A stretch of DNA of 64,000 nucleotides, taken from assembly GCA_030065575.1 (NCBI GenBank), contig JASJDZ010000024.1:1717-65716 (forward strand). Direction: 5' to 3'. The notes under the pieces were generated by a model. That model saw only the letters and a program-made list of their open reading frames with translations. It had not been told where the DNA came from and made no database searches. Source of the stretch: Acidimicrobiia bacterium. GTDB lineage: Bacteria > Actinomycetota > Acidimicrobiia > Spongiisociales > UBA5794. The stretch's first letter is position 1. The number at the start of each line of letters is the position of its first letter. Of the stretch, positions 29,661 to 36,991 are shown piece by piece. Made by a program: the position numbers and the translations under genes.

Positions 29661-31044
29661 TATCGATCATCTCCCACAGTGCGTTGACGTGGGTGGATGA
29701 TGTCGTCGTTTGCCCGATGGAAACCCGAATTGCGCTCTGTTCTCCCAGGGTTGTTGGCGTAACTGCGACCCTCCCCGACGCGTTGAGTCGATTCGCCAGA
29801 TCTGTTGTCGCTTCGTTGCCATCTACGTGCCTGAAGACAACGAGGCCAAACGGGTGCGGGGCCACCACCTCAAACCGGGGATCGTTGTTCAGACGCATGG
29901 CGAGATCCTGGGTCAACTGGATGTGCTCCCGGATGTGATAGCGAATCCCTTCCGCCCCATAGTGACGCAGAACGAACCAGAGCTTGAGAGACCGGAACCG
30001 GCGCCCCAGCGGTACGTGCCAGTCGCGATAGTCGATCACCTTGCCCGACAGAGTCGCTTCGTTGCGCAGATACGGAGGCAGGATGCTCATGGCGTCGAGC
30101 AACGGGCGGCGGTCGGCCACGTAGTAGAGGTTGCAGTCGAAGTTGGTGAACATCCACTTGTGTGGGTTGAACGTGTAGCTGTCGACCAGCTCGAGGCCAT
30201 CCTGGTGGCGGCGAAACTCCGGGCAGATCATGGCACTGCCCGCATAGGCTGCGTCGACATGTGCCCACATGTCGTTCTCCCGGGCGATCGTTGCGATTGC
30301 CCGCACCGGGTCGACGGCGGTGGTCGCCGTGGTCCCGATGCTGATGGCTACGAACGCAGGGTGGAGCCCGTCGGCGCGATCCGCCGCAATCTGGGAAGCC
30401 AGGGCTCCAGGATCCATGGCGTATTCGGCATCGGTGGGGATGATGCGGACATGCGAGAACCCGGCGATCCGTGCTCCCTTCTCTACTGAGGAGTGGGTCT
30501 GATCGGATGCGTAGACGACGAGCTTGTCCAGGGGTGCGTGCTGCGTGGCAACCTCCCGGGCCGTCACCAACGCCACGAGCGACGAATCGGACGCGCTCAT
30601 CTGAATCACGCCGCCGCCGGGCCCTGTTGTCTTCCACTCCTCAGGCAGGCCGAGCAGATCGACGAACCAGTCGACTACCACCGTCTCGAGTTCGGTTGCC
30701 GCCGGAGATGTCGACCACAGCATGCCCTGGACACCCAGACCGGCGGCCGCCATCTCGCCGAGCAGCGAGGGCCCCGAACTGTTGGCCGGGAAGTAGGCAA
30801 ACCAGCTCGGCGATTGCCAGTGAGTGACACCGGGCATGATGATCCCGTCGAGATCCCGCATGACGTCTACGAACGGTTCGGGGTGCTCCGGCGCGGCCGC
30901 GGGGAGTGCGTCCCTGATTGCCCCCGGCTCAACGTGCGAGTTGACCGGATACTCAGCGACGTTGGCAAGGTAGTCGGCGACCCAGTCGACCATCTCGTAC
31001 CCGCGCCTGCGGAACTCGTCGGGGTCCATGTGGTACGAAGTCAC
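29635..31044 (-). CDS. PLP-dependent aromatic-L-amino-acid decarboxylase (group II)
   Basis: 469 aa; THWQSPSWFAYFPANSS.PS.LGEM, SPAATELE, PLP-lysine motif NPHKWMFTNFDC. Confidence 0.88.
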   Translation of the reverse strand: MTSYHMDPDEFRRRGYEMVDWVADYLANVAEYPVNSHVEPGAIRDALPAAAPEHPEPFVDVMRDLDGIIMPGVTHWQSPSWFAYFPANSSGPSLLGEMAAAGLGVQGMLWSTSPAATELETVVVDWFVDLLGLPEEWKTTGPGGGVIQMSASDSSLVALVTAREVATQHAPLDKLVVYASDQTHSSVEKGARIAGFSHVRIIPTDAEYAMDPGALASQIAADRADGLHPAFVAISIGTTATTAVDPVRAIATIARENDMWAHVDAAYAGSAMICPEFRRHQDGLELVDSYTFNPHKWMFTNFDCNLYYVADRRPLLDAMSILPPYLRNEATLSGKVIDYRDWHVPLGRRFRSLKLWFVLRHYGAEGIRYHIREHIQLTQDLAMRLNNDPRFEVVAPHPFGLVVFRHVDGNEATTDLANRLNASGRVAVTPTTLGEQSAIRVSIGQTTTSSTHVNALWEMIDNAGDGTDI

Positions 31045-33008
31045 GGCGTTGGCCCGTTTCCTATGTAGCGGTCCAGCCAGTCGAGGAACTCGTTGTACCA
31101 GTGCACCGAGTTACCCGGCTTCTCGATCCAGTGGCCCTCGTCGGGGTAGTAGACGAGCCTGGCGTCGACGCCCTTCTGCTTGAGGATCCCATAGAGAACC
31201 AGGCCCTGGGTGATGACAACCCGGTAGTCCTTCTCGCCGTGGATGACCAGCGTTGGTGTCTTCATGTCTTCAGTGTGGGCTACCGGACTCCAGCGCAACA
31301 CGGCGTCGAGGTCCTCCCATGGGGTTCCGCCAACGGCGGCCTCGCGTCCGGCGGTCACGTCGCTGGCCCACTGTCCGAGCAGGTCGGTGACGCCGGCATG
31401 GCAGATTGCTGTCGCAAACCGGTCAGTGTGGCCGATCAACCAGCTCACCAGGTAGCCGCCGTACGATCCTCCCGCAATCGCCATTCGGTTCTCATCGATG
31501 AACCCCTGAGCCAGCAAGTGATCAGTGGCAGCCATGATGTCTTGCATCGGCTTGTCACCCCACGCCCCCCGGATTGATCGGGTGAAGTCATCACCGAATG
31601 AGTCGGAGCCGTGGAAGTTCACCGTTACAACGACGTAGCCGGCTGCGGCAAACGCTTGGGTGTTCCACCGCCAGTGCCACGAACCGCCGGAAGCGTTGTG
31701 CGGTCCGCCATGGATGTTGTGGAGCAGCGGCCACTTTCGCGAGCCGTCGAACCCGGGCGGATAGACAACATGAGCCTGGATGGGAGTTCCGGCGGCACCA
31801 TTGAAGGTGAACTCGGCGGTTGGTCCCAGCGCCAGATCTTCAAGGGCCGCGTTGTTGAAGCCACCGACCGTGCGGATCCCGCTTTCGGCGAGGATGGCTA
31901 CGTCGGCGGGACGAGCCGGCGATTCTGTGCGGAGCCAAACGGGTCCCCGGGTTGGGCGCGGACCGTGCGAATAGTCCTCGGCGGTCAATTGTGTCGGCGT
32001 GTCCGTGCCGTGGGGGAGGAGGAACACGGCCATGCTGCCCTCATCTGTGGCGTGGAGCACCAGGTCGGAGTCGACCGTGTACTCCCAGCCACCGGCAGAC
32101 CTGTCCCACCACGGGGCCAGATCGCGCTTCTGTTTCGTCTCCCGGTCAAAGCTGACCAGCTTCACCTGGTCGGCGTAGTAGTCGGGTTCGTGTTGTTCTC
32201 CGAATGCGATGTGCCTGCCGTCCGGGCTGTAGCGGGGACGGAACTGCTGGGCGGGGAGCGAATCTCGGGGTTCGAGGAGCTGCGGGCTCGGGTCGGCGAT
32301 CGATACGGTATGAACGGCAAAGCGGACCCGGCGGCGCGGGTCGGGCTCGATGTCCACGGTGAAAGCCACTTCACCGCCGTCCGGCGAGACGTCGAATACC
32401 GCGCCGACGTCATCAAGAGCAATCAGCCGATCCAGTTCGGGGGTCAAGTCGGTGAGGATCTGGGAATCGACATCGAGGCGGAACAGGTGGTGGATCTCGC
32501 CTGCAACAAGCCAGCGATTCCAGAATCGATAGACGGTTCTTTCCGTTGCCACCGGCTCCGTTCCTGCCTCGTTGCGGCGCTCGAGCTCCTCCGCAGTGGC
32601 AGCGATGCTGGGGAAGCCGTCGAATAGGGGGGCGGCAACGACGAGGCCCTGGCCGTCGGGTAACCACTTCGCAGCAGCGACGCCCAGCGGCAGATCTGTT
32701 ATGCACTCCGGTTCGCCTCCCGCAAGGTCCATGAGGTGCAGCTGAGGCTTGGCGTCGGCTTCAGGCTTGCGAATGAAAGCCAGGCGGGTGCCATCTGCGG
32801 ACAACGCCGGCTGCGAGCTCGAGCGGGCGGAGCTGGTAATGGGTCGCTTCTCACCGACATCGGTCACCCGCCACAGGCGGGTTGTTCCCTCGTTCTCGTC
32901 GAGGTCGTAGGTAGTGACGGGAACGATGGCGAAGTGGCCGTCGAGATGCGGCTCAGGCTGGCCAACTCGAGCCATGTTCCAGAGATCGATCGCAGTCAAG
33001 TAGCTCAT
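31041..33008 (-). CDS. S9 family serine peptidase (beta-propeller + alpha/beta hydrolase)
   Basis: 655 aa; nucleophile elbow GGSYGGY; C-terminal HGEKDYRV and PDEGHW; ATGA overlap with the decarboxylase start. Confidence 0.88.
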   Translation of the reverse strand: MSYLTAIDLWNMARVGQPEPHLDGHFAIVPVTTYDLDENEGTTRLWRVTDVGEKRPITSSARSSSQPALSADGTRLAFIRKPEADAKPQLHLMDLAGGEPECITDLPLGVAAAKWLPDGQGLVVAAPLFDGFPSIAATAEELERRNEAGTEPVATERTVYRFWNRWLVAGEIHHLFRLDVDSQILTDLTPELDRLIALDDVGAVFDVSPDGGEVAFTVDIEPDPRRRVRFAVHTVSIADPSPQLLEPRDSLPAQQFRPRYSPDGRHIAFGEQHEPDYYADQVKLVSFDRETKQKRDLAPWWDRSAGGWEYTVDSDLVLHATDEGSMAVFLLPHGTDTPTQLTAEDYSHGPRPTRGPVWLRTESPARPADVAILAESGIRTVGGFNNAALEDLALGPTAEFTFNGAAGTPIQAHVVYPPGFDGSRKWPLLHNIHGGPHNASGGSWHWRWNTQAFAAAGYVVVTVNFHGSDSFGDDFTRSIRGAWGDKPMQDIMAATDHLLAQGFIDENRMAIAGGSYGGYLVSWLIGHTDRFATAICHAGVTDLLGQWASDVTAGREAAVGGTPWEDLDAVLRWSPVAHTEDMKTPTLVIHGEKDYRVVITQGLVLYGILKQKGVDARLVYYPDEGHWIEKPGNSVHWYNEFLDWLDRYIGNGPTP

Positions 33009-33091
33009 ACCGGCAAGTTAGCCGTACTCGCGGGTCCGGCCGAATAGGTACGAACTGCCCTGGGCGACGGGGCAGATCACCGGTAGAAACG

Positions 33092-34165
33092 GTGTATGCC
33101 AGGAGCAACCACGAATCAGTGCGACCGGGCCCGCAAGCCGATCCGTATGGGCGCAAAGGCTCTGTAGCGGTGCTGCGGCTTCCCGATCTCAAGCAGGCAC
33201 GTGAGTACCTCGCTGGATGCGACAACCCGTTCGTGGCGGTGCATCTGGCCCGGCTGGAGGATTCAGAAGCCGATGTGACGCGACTGCAGGCTGCGATCGC
33301 CGAGTCTCCGCCGGTTGTGGCCGCTTTGGCCGCCCAGCGTGCCGACGGGAGTTGGGGAAGTCACAACCGGGAGCTGAATCGGCTCCTGCCCACGCTGTGG
33401 ATGGTCAAGACACTGCAGGATCTCGGTCTGTCTCGGAACTGTGATCAGTCGCGACGGGGCATCGAGTTCCTCGCGGCCGTCGGCCATACGGATGAGGGGG
33501 CCTTTTCGATATCAGGTAGCCGCGACGGTGTACTCAGCTGCTACGTAGGAATCGCAGCTCTGGTCTATCTCGAGGGTGGGTTCGCCGAGCACGCACACAG
33601 CCAGCTGCAGTGGATTCTGCGGCATCAAGAGATCAGGGTCGCCGGCGCAGATCGACGCCCTACGCCGGCAGCCGAGTGGGGTGGCTACCTCAAGACGAAG
33701 TACGGGGGCTGCCTGGCGGAAACGACCTGTCTCGTCGGCCTCCTGCGTACGTCACGCGCTCTTGCCGCTGCCGGACACGCTGATGGTGAGCCCCTGATAG
33801 CGGAGACCAGGCGAGCGTTCCTCGAACGTCGCCTCATCTACACCTCAGGTGGCGAGGTGGTGCCGCTGGCGGTCAACCCGGCCAAGGCAGAGACCTGGCT
33901 GGCACCAACCTTCCCGCTCGACTGGCGAGTGGATCTCATCGAGGTCATCGACTTCGTTGGCCGCACCGGACCTCCCGATGATCGCATCCAGCCCGCCGTT
34001 GACCGACTGGTGGAGTTCCAGCGAGAGGACGGAACCTGGCCGTTGCTGCGGGCATATCCCCCGGCAGGCCTTCCCGGACTGGAGCGGCCGTCGACCCGCC
34101 GGCCCAGCGCCATGGCCACCATGCGTGCAGTTGCCGCCTTGGGGACTCTCGAGTCGGTGCCCTAG
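33092..34165 (+). CDS. hypothetical protein with prenyltransferase/squalene-cyclase-like QW repeats
   Basis: 357 aa; QRADGSWG and QREDGTWP QW-type motifs suggest an alpha/alpha toroid; start codon uncertain. Confidence 0.4.
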   Translation: MYARSNHESVRPGPQADPYGRKGSVAVLRLPDLKQAREYLAGCDNPFVAVHLARLEDSEADVTRLQAAIAESPPVVAALAAQRADGSWGSHNRELNRLLPTLWMVKTLQDLGLSRNCDQSRRGIEFLAAVGHTDEGAFSISGSRDGVLSCYVGIAALVYLEGGFAEHAHSQLQWILRHQEIRVAGADRRPTPAAEWGGYLKTKYGGCLAETTCLVGLLRTSRALAAAGHADGEPLIAETRRAFLERRLIYTSGGEVVPLAVNPAKAETWLAPTFPLDWRVDLIEVIDFVGRTGPPDDRIQPAVDRLVEFQREDGTWPLLRAYPPAGLPGLERPSTRRPSAMATMRAVAALGTLESVP

Positions 34166-34923
34166 GACACGGTGGCCGGTGAGCGAGCTTCCACCCGACG
34201 GGGGAGGCCGATGCGAACATCCACGCCATTCGAGTAGTGAACGATCGGCTCCGTGGTCCCAATTTCGTAGCCCGCGGCGGCGACGAGCTGGTCGTCCAAG
34301 TGAACCAGCGCTGCCTTCTGCAGCGGCCAGGTCGGATGATCAACGGGGGCATAGGCCAGCCGGGAGCCCAGCATCGTGTAGAGGCCCCAACGAGCCGTCA
34401 GGAACCGCTCGAGAGGGCTCTGCGCGTCCTCGGGAATTGCCGGACCCGGCGTGACCGACAGTCGGCTCGACGCGTTCTGCGGTCCCGGCCAGCGCCGTCG
34501 CGTCTGGTACTCGGTGCTGTCCCCTGTTTCTCGGATAGCCATCTCCGCCCACATGTAGGGCAGCCGATATGCGGTCCGGGCCACCGCCACCGGGAGCAGG
34601 CGGGTGATGTCGAGGGAATCGAACCACACACCGGGACGGCCCGAGGAGTCCCGTACATAGGTGCGAACGTTCGTCTCCGGGAACGTGCCGAAGTATGGGA
34701 TCGCCGGCGTCCGGGGAATGCGAATACGCTGCATCTCGAAGGCAACCAGACCGACCCAGGCCGAGCCCTCAATGGTGTCGGCCGTCAGCCCGGCGGGCAG
34801 GTTCCGATCGACCTGCTCGGGGGCTACAGGCCAGTGAACGTAGGTGAGCCGCTTCCACGACTGCAGCATCACCGGGCGGCGCACCGGCGCAGGCGTGGTG
34901 AGGGGATGGAGTTTCGTCGCCAT
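34162..34923 (-). CDS. DUF2071 (YqjF-like) family protein
   Basis: 253 aa; W..L...HW.V.PE.V...LP.GL..D...G.AWVG.V.F.M...R......P....F.E.NVRTYV pattern. Confidence 0.7.
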   Translation of the reverse strand: MATKLHPLTTPAPVRRPVMLQSWKRLTYVHWPVAPEQVDRNLPAGLTADTIEGSAWVGLVAFEMQRIRIPRTPAIPYFGTFPETNVRTYVRDSSGRPGVWFDSLDITRLLPVAVARTAYRLPYMWAEMAIRETGDSTEYQTRRRWPGPQNASSRLSVTPGPAIPEDAQSPLERFLTARWGLYTMLGSRLAYAPVDHPTWPLQKAALVHLDDQLVAAAGYEIGTTEPIVHYSNGVDVRIGLPRRVEARSPATVS

Positions 34924-34971
34924 GCACTGGATTCGGCGCCGGACCCGCTGCGAGATGGGGTTTGGGCTAGC

Positions 34972-35044
34972 TGTGTGGAGTTCGATTGCATCGCCCCTGT
35001 GTGGAGTTCGGTTGTACCGAACTCCAAGCTGATTGCATCAGCCC
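34972..35044. repeat. two adjacent family-2 REP-like units (GGAGTTC hairpin + GATTGCATC dyad)
   Basis: tgtgtGGAGTTCGATTGCATCGCCCC, then tgtgtGGAGTTCGgttgtaCCGAACTCCaagCTGATTGCATCAGccc; the last unit overlaps the cimA stop codon. Confidence 0.75.
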
Positions 35045-36621
35045 ACACCGTTCCGCTTGACGTGACGCAGCAACCCGATGACCAGGCCTTCAACGACAGC
35101 CTTCCAGGAGGCATCGATGATGTTCTCGTGCACGCCAACGGTGCCCCAGCTCGCCTCAACGTCTGAGTGCTCGGTGAGGACACGAACCCGAGCGCTGGTG
35201 CCATCACTGGAATCGAGGTCGCGCACCCGGTAGTCGGTCAGGTGGATGTCTGCCACCTCCGGGAACGTTCTGATCAGAGCCGCACGCAATGCCCGGTCGA
35301 GGGCGCTCACCGGCCCATCGCCCTCACGGGTTGTGACGACGCGCTCATCGCCGACGTGAACCTTGACTGTTGCCTCAGCTATGACCTGTTCGTCTCGGTG
35401 CTCGACGAACACGCGGTACGACTCGAGCTCGAAGAAGTCCTGTTCCCAACCCTGCGCCTCGCGCAACAGAAGCTCGAACGATCCGTCTGCGGCCTCGAAC
35501 TGATAGCCCAGATGCTCGAGCTCCTTGATGCGGTCAACGACCCGCTGCGCATCCTGCGATGACAGCTCGAGGCCTTGCGCCTGCGCCTTGGCCAGGACCG
35601 TAGACCGGCCGGCAAGCTCCGAGACGACGACCCGGGTGGCATTGCCAACCGAGTCCGGGCTCATGTGCTCGTAGGCATCGCTGCGCCGGGCCAGGGCCGA
35701 GGTGTGGAGACCCGCTTTGTGAGTGAACGCAGAGCTTCCCACGTACGGGATGTGTGGGTCGAGAGTCAGATTCACTAGATCGGCCAGGTGATGGGAGACC
35801 CGCGTCAGCCGGGGGAGCCGCTCCTCCGGGATGGTCTCGAAACCCATCTTCAGCGCGAGGTTCGGGATCAAGGAGCAGAGATCTGCGTTCCCGGTCCGCT
35901 CGCCGTAGCCGTTGATGCAGCCCTGCACCTGATAGACGCCTTCGAGGACGGCAGTGATCGAGTTGCCGACGGCCATGCCGGAGTCGTTGTGGAAATGACA
36001 GCCCAGAGTTGCATCACCCAAGGCCTCTCCCACTTCGCCGACTATCCGCTGTACCTCGTGAGATAGGAACCCACCGTTGGTGTCGCAGAGCACGAGCCGC
36101 TCCGCCCCGGCGTCGTGGGCGACCCGAAGTGCGTTGACGGCGAAACCCGGATTGGCCCGATAACCGTCGAAGAAGTGCTCGGCATCGAAGAAGACCCTGC
36201 GCCCCTGAGAGCGCAGATACTCGACGGAGTCACCGATCATCGCCAGCGCTTCGTCGTTGCTGGTGCGCAAGGCGTGCTCGACGTGATAGTCCCACGTCTT
36301 TCCGACGAGGCAGATGACATCTGTGTCGGCTGCAAGCAGGGCGGCGAGCTGCTCGTCGTCCTCCGGTCTGGCGTTGGCCTTGCGGGTTGCGCCAAATGCC
36401 ACCAGCGTTGACGACTCGAGATTGAGCTCGGTCTTGGCCCGTTGGAAGAACTCATCGTCCTTGGGGTTTGCTCCCGGCCAGCCACCCTCGATGTAGGCGA
36501 CTCCCAGGCTGTCCAGGAGAGATGCCACCTTGAGTTTGTCCCGCGCCGTCAGCGAGATGCCCTCCTGCTGAGTGCCGTCGCGGAGAGTTGTGTCATAGAT
36601 CTCGACGGATTGCTTGCCCAT
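35038..36621 (-). CDS. cimA: (R)-citramalate synthase (LeuA/CimA family)
   Basis: MGKQSVEIYDTTLRDGTQQEGISL...YIEGGWPGANPKD.EFF; C-terminal LeuA-dimerisation-type domain; ATG 36621 has a GGGAG Shine-Dalgarno (ORF track starts at 36684). Confidence 0.85.
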   Translation of the reverse strand: MGKQSVEIYDTTLRDGTQQEGISLTARDKLKVASLLDSLGVAYIEGGWPGANPKDDEFFQRAKTELNLESSTLVAFGATRKANARPEDDEQLAALLAADTDVICLVGKTWDYHVEHALRTSNDEALAMIGDSVEYLRSQGRRVFFDAEHFFDGYRANPGFAVNALRVAHDAGAERLVLCDTNGGFLSHEVQRIVGEVGEALGDATLGCHFHNDSGMAVGNSITAVLEGVYQVQGCINGYGERTGNADLCSLIPNLALKMGFETIPEERLPRLTRVSHHLADLVNLTLDPHIPYVGSSAFTHKAGLHTSALARRSDAYEHMSPDSVGNATRVVVSELAGRSTVLAKAQAQGLELSSQDAQRVVDRIKELEHLGYQFEAADGSFELLLREAQGWEQDFFELESYRVFVEHRDEQVIAEATVKVHVGDERVVTTREGDGPVSALDRALRAALIRTFPEVADIHLTDYRVRDLDSSDGTSARVRVLTEHSDVEASWGTVGVHENIIDASWKAVVEGLVIGLLRHVKRNGVG

Positions 36622-36636
36622 TGCCGCTCCCGATAA

Positions 36637-36662
36637 GGAAAACCCCCCGCTCTTGCGGAGGG
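36637..36662 (-). terminator. intrinsic terminator of the cimA leader (attenuator)
   Basis: Minus-strand CCCUCCGC-AAGA-GCGGGGGG followed by UUUUCC, 15 nt upstream of the cimA ATG. Confidence 0.7.
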
Positions 36663-36700
36663 TCGCAGGGGCGCACACGCCCATCAGTGGGGCGTGGCGC

Positions 36701-36730
36701 CTAAGTAATGATGATCACGTTGCTGTTCAT
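36701..36730 (-). CDS. Ile-rich leader peptide MNSNVIIIT
   Basis: ATG AAC AGC AAC GTG ATC ATC ATT ACT TAG on the minus strand. A strong hairpin follows (GCGCCACGCCC-CACUGAU-GGGCGUGUGCGC, 36671-36700), then the terminator. Confidence 0.65.
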   Translation of the reverse strand: MNSNVIIIT

Positions 36731-36934
36731 TGGCCGCGCAGTATGGACTAGATGGTTTCTGCGGTCAAGCCTGGTCTTGCATACCAGTTTCTGGCATGCC
36801 GGGGGCCTAGGGACCTCGGTCCCGCCGATGGGTCCTTTGGTCCTCGTTTTGGCGGGACTTCCGCCTCAGGCCCTTGGTCCCCGGCAGAGGGACATATCGG
36901 CATCTGTATATGGCTGAGGGCGAATGCAACAATC

Positions 36935-36970
36935 GGATTCGCTCCGTCGCATATGCGGCGAAGCGAATCG
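36935..36970 (+). promoter_or_regulatory. 36-nt near-perfect palindrome upstream of the molybdoenzyme gene
   Basis: GGATTCGC-tc-CGTCGCAT|ATGCGGCG-aa-GCGAATCG. A third complementary arm GCGAAT at 36920-36925 allows alternative pairing. Confidence 0.4.
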
Positions 36971-36991
36971 TTCGAAAAAGAGGTCGGAATC

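Noticed and set aside
36740-36990. Molybdenum-cofactor (Moco) riboswitch upstream of the molybdoenzyme operon
   Set aside because: I could not recognise the conserved Moco motif core by eye, and only generic hairpins and repeats are present. Left as unproven; an Rfam RF01055 search would decide.
36752-36991. N-terminal 80-aa extension of the molybdoenzyme ORF (track start 36752; alternative ATG 36953)
   Set aside because: The twin-arginine signal begins right after GTG 36992, which has an AAGAGG SD. The extension has no signal-like features, and ATG 36953 is the centre of a 36-nt palindrome.
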